DNA from: a virus
Lineage: Duplodnaviria > Caudoviricetes
Length of the DNA: 64,000 nucleotides
IMG/VR virus record: IMGVR_UViG_3300028792_000005
Coordinates: 2,897 to 66,896 of that record
Reading direction: 5' to 3' (one strand)
Shown here: positions 50,606-60,930 of the stretch, piece by piece
How positions within the stretch are numbered: the first letter of the stretch is position 1
Layout: each line of letters opens with the position of its first letter
Notes under the pieces: model-generated
What the model was told of the DNA's origin: nothing
The model's input: only the letters and a program-made list of their open reading frames with translations
Database searches by the model: none
Made by a program: the position numbers and the translations under genes

Positions 50606-53600
50606 GTGGCAAAAGACGACTTCTTTCTCAGTTTTGGTACGGATGCGGATGTCTTCGCATCCAAGATCGAGGCTGAGAGTGACCGGGCTGCTGGCGGTAT
50701 CAACCGCCTCATCGACGCGCTCGAAGACTACGAAGGCACGGTCAACAAGGCGCAAGCCGGTGGTCCCCTTCGTAACCTGTTCGGCGCTCTAGACCAGGCC
50801 GCTACAAAGTTCGGTTCGCTCACGAACCAACTCGTCTCGGGCATGGATTCGGCCCTTCGTGGCGTCGGCCAACTGACGGAAGAACTGGCCGGTCTGGTCG
50901 ATGCCGTCAATAAGATCAACGAACTCAAGCCGAACGCGAAGAAGAAGACCCAAAGCGCGGTCGCCGGGATCACTGACGAGGAGATCCTGGCTACTGACAG
51001 TGCTCGCCGTAGCAGCAAGGCTGTCGGTGAGATTATTGAACTCAACGCCACGCAGGCTCGCAACGCGCTCAAGCGCGTGGCTGACATCAACGCCACAGTC
51101 GGTCGTAATAGCAACGCTGCCGCTGACGGCCTCAAGGAACTCGCTCGCCAAATCCGTGAACTGAACGGTGCAGCGAAGGAGGCCAAGGGTCGCGGCACCA
51201 TCGCCAACGTCGCTGGCGGTCAGCAGATCATCGTTGTTCAGGGTGGCGGGACGGTACAGGCCGGTGAAAGCGCACCGATCAACGTCGCGGACATCTTGCA
51301 GCAGGCTGCTGCCGCTAGTCCGAAAGCAGCCGCTGCGCCTATCTCAGACCAGGAAGCGGACGCTCAGGTACGTGCAGAGGCACGGCGTCGCCGAAACGAT
51401 CCTGAGGCACTCCAGGACCTCTCACAGCCTGCTCGTAGTGGCCTCTACACCTACCCAGGCGTTGAGGCGTATTCAGGCGGTCGCCGTGGTGGACGCCTGG
51501 TCGGTGCTGACGTTCGTGAAGGCGAGAGTTTTCAGGACTACTTCGCTCGCAACGACGCGACACGCTCTCGTATCGAAGCGGCCCGTGCTGAACTGCCGAA
51601 GCCTGACCGTGCCGACCTGGCTGACTTCAACCAGTTCAAGTTGTCTGGCGGTAAGGCGAAGGACTTCGCCAACGACCTTGAGGCGCGTTTCCGGCGCATC
51701 CTGGCGCAGGACAAGACCGCCTCTGCCATCACAGCCGAGAGCATCAAGGCCAGCCTGACCGACCTTGGTCTGGAGCAGCAGTACCCGGCGCTCCCCGGCA
51801 TCATCGAGCGCGTCTTCAAGGTGCGTGCCGAGCAGCGTGCACATGCTGAGAAGGTCATCCGCGATCTGATCAAGGAAGACCCTGCCGTCACGTTCGGTGG
51901 CGGTGCCTTCGGTGTGCAGAACAGCGACTTCGAGGTTGGCAACACCTTCCCCGCTGCTCTCGCATCCATTGACGAAGACCTGCTCAACACGCACGAGGGT
52001 GACCCGGAGACGGTTCGCCTGGCGCAGGAGCGTCGTGCTGCTCAGCAGAAGCGCAAGGACCTTCGCTCTGCCGGTCGCAACTTTGGTGACGGCTCGACGG
52101 TCAACCCGGACAAACTCGTTGTCGACCCTGGCACCGCTGACCAGGAAGGCTTGACGCTCAAGCAGCGCCAAAAGGCCGACCGGGATGCTCGTGCTGCGGC
52201 GCGCAAGAAGAACAAGGCGACTGTCGAGGCGTACCTGGCGCAGAAGGCTGCTGAGGAGTCTGGCGCTTCTACCGCTGAGGCCGAGGAGAACTACCGCACG
52301 GTCTACCGGGGCAGCCACGACCCGCTGAACCTGGACCAGATCACCGAAGAGGGTCTGCGTGTTACGCAGGACCGTTCGTACGCGGAGGAGCACGGTGGCC
52401 TCAACCACCTCTACCGCGCTCGCATCCCTGCCAGCCACTTCGAGACCTCACCGTTCACCGATGAGGAAATCCCACACACTCGCCTGACCCGTGAGCAGAT
52501 CGAGCAGTACGGCGGCTTCGAGCAGATCGTTGGTCCTGACGGTGTAGCCAACACCGCACAGTCGGAGAAGCGACCGCCACGTAAGCCCAGCCAGAAGGGC
52601 GCGCTGCGTAACGCCCGTTCGCTGGTCCAGAGCCTTGAGCGTGACATCAACGCTCTCGGCGCAGAGGACGAGGCAGAGCGCGCATCCCTCCAGGCTGAAC
52701 TCGACAAGGCTCGCGCTCTTGTCGACCAGTTGCGTCAGGCCCGTGCACCTGGTTCTGGTCCTGCTGCTTCGGCGGGTGGCACGAATGCCGGTGGTACCGG
52801 TCGTGGTCGTCGCCGTACTGGTGGCGGTGGTTCTGGAGGTGGCGGCACACCACCTCCCCCGCCGAACACTGGTGCTGCTGGTGAGCCTGAGCCGGATGAC
52901 GCTGCTGGAAAGCCTCGTGCGGGTGCTTTCGGAGCCGACACGAGCAAGGCGAAGAACCGTTCCACTTCACAGCAGTTCAAGACCGACTATGCGGAGCAGT
53001 TGGCTCTGCTCCAGCCAACGACGCGGGCCATCCTGGAAGACGCCAAGGCGCGTCTTTTGGACACCCGTGCGATTGCGGATCAGACCGAGCGCATTCGCCA
53101 GCAGGACGCGATCCTTGTTCAGGCTGGTGCGGCCTTCAAGAACGACGCCGCGTTCAAGAACTACCCGAACCTCACGACCGCTCGCGGCACCTTCGCTCAG
53201 GGTGTTGGTCTGCCTCCGTCGAAGGAGAACTACCAGACCCTCCAGCACCTGTTCACGCGTGGTGGTGCCATCGACGCTTCTGGTCTGGTCAACAGCGTCA
53301 AGAAGGTCACCGACGCTGCTGGTGGTGGTGGCGGTGGAGGTGACGAGGGCGGTCTTCTCGGCAAGAAGTTGTTCGGCAACAAGGGCTTCCTTGACGCCCA
53401 GTTGCGTCACATTGGTCTCGCCATCGAGAACTTCGCTGGCTTCCAGTTGGTCTTCACCGGCTTCGAGAAGTTGAAGGAACTGGTCGAGACCGGCATTCAG
53501 GCAGATGCTGCCTTCGTTCGCCTCCAGGCATCTATCAACGCTGCTGGTCGCAGTGTGGGCAACCTGCGTCAGCAGTTGCAGGGCGTGTCGTCGGCTACGG

Positions 53601-56600
53601 CTACAAGCCTGCACGACACCATTGAGGCTGCGTCAGAACTGACGGGTGTCTTCAAGAACAACAACGACCTCGTTGGTGGCACGCAGGTTGCCACTGAACT
53701 GTCGAACATCTCGCAGGGTGCACTGACGGCGAAGGAATCCGCTGTTGGTCTGCGCGACGTGATCGACGCGTACGGGCTCACTGGCGTGAAGTCGGTGCGC
53801 CAGGTCGGTGACGAAATCGCACGCCTGTCGCAAACGACTGGTGTCTCCGTCAAGGACATCCTTGAGGGCACCACGCAGTTGGCCCAGGAGGCGAAGCAGT
53901 TCGGCCTCGGCCAGCGTCAGGCATCGGTGCTGTCGGCGTTCGTCACGCGTTCTACTGGTGAGACTGGTGAGGCTGCTGCTGAGCAGGTTTCTCGTATTCT
54001 CTCGACGTTGGACAACGGCAAGGTCCAGGGCGCTCTTGAGGCAATCCGTGTACCGAAGACCGGTAAGCCGCTGGCTACTCCGGAGCAGTTCGCGCAGGGC
54101 AAGATCGGCGATGTCCTTGGCAACGTTCTCCAGAACTACGACCAACTAGACCCTGGTCAGCAGAGCCAGATTCGCGCACTCATCGGAACTGGTCGTCAGG
54201 CTCGTGCCCTGGCTGGTCTGCTCCGTGACGCGAAGGCAGCATCAGACGAGTTCAACAACTCCAGCAAGGACGCAGGCTCGCTGGCACAGCAGAACCAGCG
54301 GTTCCTTAACTCCCTGGCCGGTGTCCTCAAGACGCTCAGCACCGACTTCAAGAACCTTGGCGCGACGCTCCAGCAGAGCGGCGTGTTCAACATCATCGGT
54401 GTCTTCGCTAAGGGCCTCGATGATGTTCTCAAGATCGTCACGAAGGTCCTCAACGTCTTCAACCAGATCGCGGACAGCAACCCGTTCACTAAGGCCATCA
54501 AGGACGTAGGCGTCCTGGTTGCCGAGGTTGCATTGCTGTTCAAGATCGCCTCTGGCTCGCTTGGCACTCTCGCCGGGTTCATCAACCCAGGTCGCCGCCA
54601 GGTACCGCAGTTGGCCCGCAACGGCTCTGCGATCCTCGACGCTGAGGGTGCGGCAGTCATGGGCTACGCGCCGCTGACAGCACGCGAAGTAGCACGAGCC
54701 CCGATCAACCTGGGTCGTGGCATTGCTGGCCGGGTTCGTGGAATCGGCGCAGGGATCGGCAACTTCTTCGCCCCACAGTTCGAAGCAGGAGGTCTGTCAC
54801 CTGGCGGTGGGTTCCTGTCCTCTGAGCGAGCGGCTGCGCTGAACTCCAGCCTCACTGCTCGTCAGCGGTTCTCTGCGCAGGCAGGTATTCGAGGCGAGCG
54901 CGCTCTGGCAGGCGAGGGTGGACGACTCACCCGGTCACTGTTCAACGCTGGTGCGCCGGGTCTGGCGAACATCACCAACAACCTTGGCACTGCTACTAGT
55001 AGCGCTACTTCCAGCATCGGTCGGATGACCAGTGGACTGACGCGTCTAAGCGCTGGCTTCCTCGGCCCACTGGCAGGAATGGTCGCCTTCTCGTTCGCTC
55101 TTGACAAGATCATCGGTGCGATCAACGAGTCGCGTCAGATCGGCAAGGACGCCGACAAGATCGCCGCCACGCTGCGTGGCGAGAACGATCAAAAGAATGC
55201 CGCGAAAAACCAGGGCAAGGACCCTGACGGTGGGTTCGACCCGAACACTGAGGGTGGACAGGCAGCCAATGACGCCCGGAAGGTGCAGGACCGTGCCAAC
55301 TCCTACAAGGGAGTCACCGGATTCCTACGTGGTGTCTACGGTGGTCTGACTCAGCGCAGCCTCGACCCGAACCACGTCCAGAACGGCTACCTCGGGTTCC
55401 TCAGCGTCGGTGGTGGATACGACACGGGCTTCGACAGCACGCTGAACAGCACCACGAAACTGGTCAACAAGCGAATCAGCAGCGCTAACAGCAAGCCAGC
55501 AGGTGAGCGCGTCAAGGACCTTGAAGACGCCAAGACCAAGGCCGAGAAGGACTTCCAAGAAGAGCAGAAGTACATCGACGGTCTTGATTTGAACTCTGAG
55601 CAGAAGGCGAATGCTGAGGCACAACTCGCCACTGCGAAGGCTGCATTCGAGGCTGAGTACGCAAAACTAATCGCTAACGCTCACGGTATCGCCGACCTCA
55701 ACCGACTGAATATTCAGCAGGTAGAAAACCTTGAGGCTGCGCTCCAGGAAAGTGCCAACCTCAACCCTGAGACGTTGACCGGCGCACTTGGTGAGCGCAT
55801 CAAGCAGTCGATTCTTGATAACTCTGGACTTCCTAAGGAGTCGCAGGGATACAAGGATCTTGAGAAGAGCCTGAGCGTCGATCCCAATGGGGCTACCTCA
55901 ACAGCAAGCCGCTTGAAGGGAGCGGTCGGTGCTGACGAGGAGGCGCTCAAGAACGCGCAGGAAGCGGTCGACGCCGCTCCTCACGATGGCGGCGACGAGG
56001 CTAAGCGCGCCACTGCTGCACGTGACGCTGCTGCCTCGAAGTTGCAGAGTGACCGTAAGTCGCTGCGCGACCTGGCCGCGAACAACGCGCAGGCTCTCGC
56101 TACCCAGGCTATCGGTACCGGCGACACCAAGGGCGCGCTCACTCAGACAACGAGTGCCATCGCCGCTCTTGAAGAGGCGAACAAGCACCTCTCCAAGGAC
56201 GACCCCGAGTACATCGCCAACATCACGAAGATCAACGAACTCAAGAAGCAGTTCGCGGATCAGACTTATGAGTCGGCAATCCTGGCTGACCAACTGGCAG
56301 CGGCGTCTACGAACGACCCACTGATCCGTGCGCAGGCTGAGTACCAGAAGGCCGTCGACACTCAGAAGTCGGTGCTTTCACGACCGCACACCAAGGCCGA
56401 AGAGGAGCAGGCAGCCGCTGGTGTCGCCACTGCCGGAATCTCCAAGGCTCAGGCTGCTGAGGATCTGCGGGTTGCTCAGTACCAGCAGGGCATCGCGGGT
56501 CGAGTAGACAATCAGACGCTCATCCAAGATCAGATCAACGAGATCCTCAAGGAGGAGCAGAAGTACGCCTCTGGGACGCTCGCCAACGCGCAGAAGTTGG

Positions 56601-57310
56601 CAGAGTTGAAGGGCCAAGAAGCCGACTTGCGTCAGAAGTTGGCGCAGACAGCGGGTGAAGAAGCCGACGCTGCTACTGAGACGCAGATCGCGGAGTTGCA
56701 GGCACGTGGTCAGGCCGGTGACGCCGAGAAGGCCGCTCAACTCCAGGTCAGCGAGATTCAGAACAAGATGGCTCGCTACCTCAAGCGTCCTGGTGCGAAG
56801 AAGACTGACAGCGCCTACCAGCAGTTGGCTGCGCAGTTGGCTACGGCACGTCGCAACTCCTTCGACGTGGCTCTCCAGGCTCAGTTGGACACCCTCGACT
56901 TCCAGCGTGAGACGTACAAGATCACGTCTTCGCAGGAGGTTCAGGCCCTCCAGGAGATCCTCAAGAACAAGCAACTGACGCTCAAGGAGCAGCGTGACAT
57001 CACGCTCAAGATCAAGAACCTCCAGGAGTCGATCCGTCAGCAACTAACGGGTGGCGGTTTCAACATTCCGAGCGACATCAAGTTGCCCACGGCCTACCAG
57101 GTACGTCGCTCGTTGGGTGGCGGCTTCGGCAACGGCCAGACGACCGTCAACAACGTCAGCAACGCGACGAACCAGGTCACGGTCAACAACAACGTGCCGA
57201 CCGCCGCTGTGGCTCAGCAGATCGCCAACCAGGTCATCAACCTCATCAACTCGCAGACAGGTCAATCCGCACGTGCCAACACGTCGACTCCACGTCTGGT
57301 GGGCACCTGA
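50606..57310 (+). CDS. Tape measure protein, 2234 aa, with internal non-TMP insert
   Basis: Size, position, Ala/Gln/Lys helical composition, hydrophobic segments. Confidence 0.92.
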   Translation: MAKDDFFLSFGTDADVFASKIEAESDRAAGGINRLIDALEDYEGTVNKAQAGGPLRNLFGALDQAATKFGSLTNQLVSGMDSALRGVGQLTEELAGLVDAVNKINELKPNAKKKTQSAVAGITDEEILATDSARRSSKAVGEIIELNATQARNALKRVADINATVGRNSNAAADGLKELARQIRELNGAAKEAKGRGTIANVAGGQQIIVVQGGGTVQAGESAPINVADILQQAAAASPKAAAAPISDQEADAQVRAEARRRRNDPEALQDLSQPARSGLYTYPGVEAYSGGRRGGRLVGADVREGESFQDYFARNDATRSRIEAARAELPKPDRADLADFNQFKLSGGKAKDFANDLEARFRRILAQDKTASAITAESIKASLTDLGLEQQYPALPGIIERVFKVRAEQRAHAEKVIRDLIKEDPAVTFGGGAFGVQNSDFEVGNTFPAALASIDEDLLNTHEGDPETVRLAQERRAAQQKRKDLRSAGRNFGDGSTVNPDKLVVDPGTADQEGLTLKQRQKADRDARAAARKKNKATVEAYLAQKAAEESGASTAEAEENYRTVYRGSHDPLNLDQITEEGLRVTQDRSYAEEHGGLNHLYRARIPASHFETSPFTDEEIPHTRLTREQIEQYGGFEQIVGPDGVANTAQSEKRPPRKPSQKGALRNARSLVQSLERDINALGAEDEAERASLQAELDKARALVDQLRQARAPGSGPAASAGGTNAGGTGRGRRRTGGGGSGGGGTPPPPPNTGAAGEPEPDDAAGKPRAGAFGADTSKAKNRSTSQQFKTDYAEQLALLQPTTRAILEDAKARLLDTRAIADQTERIRQQDAILVQAGAAFKNDAAFKNYPNLTTARGTFAQGVGLPPSKENYQTLQHLFTRGGAIDASGLVNSVKKVTDAAGGGGGGGDEGGLLGKKLFGNKGFLDAQLRHIGLAIENFAGFQLVFTGFEKLKELVETGIQADAAFVRLQASINAAGRSVGNLRQQLQGVSSATATSLHDTIEAASELTGVFKNNNDLVGGTQVATELSNISQGALTAKESAVGLRDVIDAYGLTGVKSVRQVGDEIARLSQTTGVSVKDILEGTTQLAQEAKQFGLGQRQASVLSAFVTRSTGETGEAAAEQVSRILSTLDNGKVQGALEAIRVPKTGKPLATPEQFAQGKIGDVLGNVLQNYDQLDPGQQSQIRALIGTGRQARALAGLLRDAKAASDEFNNSSKDAGSLAQQNQRFLNSLAGVLKTLSTDFKNLGATLQQSGVFNIIGVFAKGLDDVLKIVTKVLNVFNQIADSNPFTKAIKDVGVLVAEVALLFKIASGSLGTLAGFINPGRRQVPQLARNGSAILDAEGAAVMGYAPLTAREVARAPINLGRGIAGRVRGIGAGIGNFFAPQFEAGGLSPGGGFLSSERAAALNSSLTARQRFSAQAGIRGERALAGEGGRLTRSLFNAGAPGLANITNNLGTATSSATSSIGRMTSGLTRLSAGFLGPLAGMVAFSFALDKIIGAINESRQIGKDADKIAATLRGENDQKNAAKNQGKDPDGGFDPNTEGGQAANDARKVQDRANSYKGVTGFLRGVYGGLTQRSLDPNHVQNGYLGFLSVGGGYDTGFDSTLNSTTKLVNKRISSANSKPAGERVKDLEDAKTKAEKDFQEEQKYIDGLDLNSEQKANAEAQLATAKAAFEAEYAKLIANAHGIADLNRLNIQQVENLEAALQESANLNPETLTGALGERIKQSILDNSGLPKESQGYKDLEKSLSVDPNGATSTASRLKGAVGADEEALKNAQEAVDAAPHDGGDEAKRATAARDAAASKLQSDRKSLRDLAANNAQALATQAIGTGDTKGALTQTTSAIAALEEANKHLSKDDPEYIANITKINELKKQFADQTYESAILADQLAAASTNDPLIRAQAEYQKAVDTQKSVLSRPHTKAEEEQAAAGVATAGISKAQAAEDLRVAQYQQGIAGRVDNQTLIQDQINEILKEEQKYASGTLANAQKLAELKGQEADLRQKLAQTAGEEADAATETQIAELQARGQAGDAEKAAQLQVSEIQNKMARYLKRPGAKKTDSAYQQLAAQLATARRNSFDVALQAQLDTLDFQRETYKITSSQEVQALQEILKNKQLTLKEQRDITLKIKNLQESIRQQLTGGGFNIPSDIKLPTAYQVRRSLGGGFGNGQTTVNNVSNATNQVTVNNNVPTAAVAQQIANQVINLINSQTGQSARANTSTPRLVGT

Positions 57311-57343
57311 TGCCTGCTCTGGAACTGGGTTAGGACTGGACTG

Positions 57344-58132
57344 ATGACGCTCATTGCGCCGCAGGGCTTTACGGCTGTCGCGGAGTTCGATGAAGACTCA
57401 GCCACGCCTGCTCCGTTCGTGTATCTGCGGTGGCTGAATATCCGTCGCCTCGGTCAGGGCGACTACGTTCGCGTTTACCGCGACGGCGTGCAGATCTTTC
57501 GGACGAACATTTTCTCTCGTCACCTGATCTACCAGCACTACGTAGATGAGAATGTCGTCACGGGTGGCAACTACGACTACTCGATCCAGTTCGAGAACAC
57601 TGCCACAAACACGCTCGGTCCTGGGTCGAAGACCGTGCGTGTTGCTGTGCCGCTTTTCCCTGCCTCATTCACGCCACCTCCTATCCAGGATCCGAATGGT
57701 CCTAGCGTCAACCGCTGGACCTTCACTGACGTGTACGAGAAGGGGCCGCAGCCCTACACGTACCAGGTGCACATCAACCCGAACGACAGTGGCTCACCGT
57801 CGTTCGACAAGGCAGTTAGCGTCTCCAAGGTCAGTGGACCGAACGAGATGCCCATCATTCAGGAGGGTGCACCGGGCGTCGCCGCTATGACGTTCTCCGG
57901 AGTGATCCTGGAGCAGGCTCACTACGAGGCGCTAGAGATCTGGTTCCGTAAGCGGATTCTGCTGCTCGTCCAAGATGACCTGGGTCGTCACTTCTACGGC
58001 GTGTTCTCGCGCTGGGCACCGCACCGTGTGCGTCGTTCTCACAACTTCTGGTACCACACGTACGACGCTGAGATGACGATCCTGGCGTACTACAACGGCA
58101 GTGGTCAGCGCATCTACGGACGGTTCCTCTAG
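57344..58132 (+). CDS. Distal tail (Dit-like) protein with N-terminal FN3-like domain
   Basis: YVRVYRDG..YVDENV..G.NYDYSIQ; follows TMP. Confidence 0.7.
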   Translation: MTLIAPQGFTAVAEFDEDSATPAPFVYLRWLNIRRLGQGDYVRVYRDGVQIFRTNIFSRHLIYQHYVDENVVTGGNYDYSIQFENTATNTLGPGSKTVRVAVPLFPASFTPPPIQDPNGPSVNRWTFTDVYEKGPQPYTYQVHINPNDSGSPSFDKAVSVSKVSGPNEMPIIQEGAPGVAAMTFSGVILEQAHYEALEIWFRKRILLLVQDDLGRHFYGVFSRWAPHRVRRSHNFWYHTYDAEMTILAYYNGSGQRIYGRFL

Positions 58133-60456
58133 TGCGTGACCCGGATGACGACCGCTTCCAGAAGATCCAGAGGCTCATGGCTTCTGGAGCGATGGTCGGT
58201 GCCGACCGTCCGGTAGGACGTGTCACCTGGGCCAAGGAGGGTGTGCGTACCGTCAAGTCCCAGATCGCTGGTGTGGGCACGCTGCGTTACATTGAGATCC
58301 TCGATGCCCACGAGACCGACATGAGCGGCGCAGTGCTGTCCATCGAGATCAACCGGGGCATCGGTCAAGACGCTGCCACCTGCACAATCCGGATGGCGAA
58401 CCAGTGGGGCAGTACTTCACAGCCTGAGGGCGTGGATACGTACATGCGTCCAGGATTCATGACGCCTGGTCGTGGCGAGAAGATCGCGCCGTACTCCTCG
58501 GTGTATCAGAAGTACACCGATGGTGGCGGTATCGCTGACGCCGAGAACGAGGACAACCCGTTCCCCACCGACTGGGGCTACGCCCGCAACATGTACCGGG
58601 ATGCGTTCATCCCTAACACTGTGTTGCGGACGTACCAGGGTTATGGCTCAGACAACTACGACGAGAACGGCAACCCGAAGTACGTCCACGACCCGGCATC
58701 TGTGGGTTGGGTGCACCCTCGGGACGACTCGCAGTTGTACCTCACAGGGATCTGGCTGATCGACCGCGTGATGATCGGCTCGGACGGGTCGATGACGTTT
58801 GAGTGCCGCGACCTGGCGAAGTTGCTCATCGAGCAGTACATCTATCCGCCGATGGTTCCCATCGACCGGTTCCCTCTCATCTACTGCCCCGCTTTCGGAC
58901 CCAGTGGTCACCACGAGTCCATCGGGCGCAACGTTGCTCGCTTCCACTCTTCGTCCACCGACCCGTGGTACGGCAAGAACGCTGCTGTCTACGGCCACCG
59001 TGGAAGTCACGCCTGTGATGGCAGCCAGCAGACGTTCTGGCTCAGTGTCGCTAATGGTCAACCCAACGAGTACTACTCCTACGAGTGGGTGCAGGTCAGC
59101 ACCTCCGGCAAGGTCAACGAAGTCGTGCTCAACACCAAGGGCGCGAACTACATGATCTACGTGTCGGTGTACGAGAACGGTGCATGGCAGGGCACCAACA
59201 CGGTGCCGTATCTGCCACAGCCTCCAGGCTTCCCGAACGGCTCCAACATCAAGTACGTCACGGCAGTGACGCAGGGATCGAACGAGAAGATCACCATCGT
59301 TTTGCCGCGCACTTACAACGCGAAGTACGTCCGGGTCTGCTTCACCAATCTCCAGAACCTCGGTTACAACGGGTATCCATATCGCGCTGGCCTACGTGAC
59401 TTCGTGGTGCGTAACCACGTCGGCAACACGTACAAGGCCGGTCGTCCGGATGGCATGGTCGGCAAGGACGGCATCCGGTACATCAAGGACTGGTCGGAGC
59501 CCATCAAGGAACTGTGCGCATGGGCAGGCTTTACCTGGCGTGACGCCACACCGAACGCGCCTGACCCCATGTTCGGTCGGAGTACCAGCGGCAAGCCGTT
59601 GCAGGTCTGGGGCGACTTCGAAGAACTGGGCGCAGGTCCTGTCGTCTGCACACCAGGCGACTACTTCATCAGCAAGTCCTTCATGGAAGGTATCCGCCAG
59701 ATCGTCGACTTCATCGGTGGAATCTTCTTCATCGACGAGTACGGCGGTGCTAACTTCCGCCTGCCCAACATCTGGACGGGCGGCAACTACATCACCGACC
59801 CGCAGTCCTCGTTCCTCGACGCCAGAATCAACGGGCATCCAATCGAGTTCCACGAGAACGCGAACCTCACCGACTACCAGTTGGTCATTGACGACTCTCA
59901 GGTTCGCTCTGAGGTGCTTGTCATTGGTGGCTATCCCAACGTGAACGCCAGCGGCCCTGTCGCAGGTGGCTACGTGCTCGGCTACAACAGTTCCACCAAC
60001 ACCACCTCAGCCATCGACTTCACCGATGTCCTGGCCGGTCAGACGCGTCTGTTCGCAGTGCCCAACGATGCAACAAAGTTGTTCTACACAGAGCGTGAAT
60101 GCCAGCGCATGGCTGAACTGGTCGCGCTGTTCATCCTGTTCTCCTACCGCAAGGGCCAGGTGACTGCACCCTGCCACCCTGGGCTCCAGGTGGATGACCA
60201 AATCCGCATCTTTGAGCGTCAGACGTACGAGCACTACGTGCACTACGTCTCGAACATCCGCACGAGCATGGATCTGATGTCAGGTCAGTACACGATGGAG
60301 GTCACCTGCCACTGGCTCGGCAAGGACCCGAACACCGTGTGGTTCGTGGACAAGGCGCAACTGACTCCCGCTGTCCTGCAACTGCCTGCCATCCAGAAGC
60401 GCGTTGGTCGTCAGGCCGGTGGCGACAACTTCGAGCAGCCTCCTTACGGGACGTGA
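58132..60456 (+). CDS. Tail hub/Tal-like protein with discoidin/F5-8-like insertion, 774 aa
   Basis: ACDGS..TFW.S, EWVQV, AKYVRV; C-terminal PGLQVDDQIRI. Confidence 0.75.
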   Translation: MRDPDDDRFQKIQRLMASGAMVGADRPVGRVTWAKEGVRTVKSQIAGVGTLRYIEILDAHETDMSGAVLSIEINRGIGQDAATCTIRMANQWGSTSQPEGVDTYMRPGFMTPGRGEKIAPYSSVYQKYTDGGGIADAENEDNPFPTDWGYARNMYRDAFIPNTVLRTYQGYGSDNYDENGNPKYVHDPASVGWVHPRDDSQLYLTGIWLIDRVMIGSDGSMTFECRDLAKLLIEQYIYPPMVPIDRFPLIYCPAFGPSGHHESIGRNVARFHSSSTDPWYGKNAAVYGHRGSHACDGSQQTFWLSVANGQPNEYYSYEWVQVSTSGKVNEVVLNTKGANYMIYVSVYENGAWQGTNTVPYLPQPPGFPNGSNIKYVTAVTQGSNEKITIVLPRTYNAKYVRVCFTNLQNLGYNGYPYRAGLRDFVVRNHVGNTYKAGRPDGMVGKDGIRYIKDWSEPIKELCAWAGFTWRDATPNAPDPMFGRSTSGKPLQVWGDFEELGAGPVVCTPGDYFISKSFMEGIRQIVDFIGGIFFIDEYGGANFRLPNIWTGGNYITDPQSSFLDARINGHPIEFHENANLTDYQLVIDDSQVRSEVLVIGGYPNVNASGPVAGGYVLGYNSSTNTTSAIDFTDVLAGQTRLFAVPNDATKLFYTERECQRMAELVALFILFSYRKGQVTAPCHPGLQVDDQIRIFERQTYEHYVHYVSNIRTSMDLMSGQYTMEVTCHWLGKDPNTVWFVDKAQLTPAVLQLPAIQKRVGRQAGGDNFEQPPYGT

Positions 60457-60459
60457 GAT

Positions 60460-60930
60460 ATGGACGCTCAATCAAATCTGCACGCGCAGGTTCAGCGGGT
60501 CACTGCTAAGCAGCGTGAGCAGGCGCAGCACGCTCCGCGCCCATCGCGGGTGCGCTTCACCATCCGCACCTCAGGTACTGGCGAGACCCGTCTTCTTGGC
60601 GGGGCTGCTCTCAAGTTCGGTGCTCACCTGATCGAGGAGCCGTCCTTCTCATGGGGTGCTGTTGCTGGCGAGCCTCTGGGACCGGGCCAGTTGCCGCTGT
60701 GCACGGCCATCGTCCTGAACTACCTGGTGACGCCTAACGGCATGTACTACGGCGCTCAGATGGGCTTCAAGGTGGAGTCGGCCAAGTACGACATCCGCAT
60801 GAAGTACAGCCTCACCTTCGAAGCGACGACGCTGCGTTCGACGGCGGGCTCGGGTGGTGGTGGACAGATCGTCGCTCGCGGTCAGAACACGTACAACGGC
60901 GCAACGGACTACAGCCAGGCGGATTCATAA
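60460..60930 (+). CDS. Minor tail protein, 156 aa
   Basis: GTGAG upstream; position. Confidence 0.68.
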   Translation: MDAQSNLHAQVQRVTAKQREQAQHAPRPSRVRFTIRTSGTGETRLLGGAALKFGAHLIEEPSFSWGAVAGEPLGPGQLPLCTAIVLNYLVTPNGMYYGAQMGFKVESAKYDIRMKYSLTFEATTLRSTAGSGGGGQIVARGQNTYNGATDYSQADS

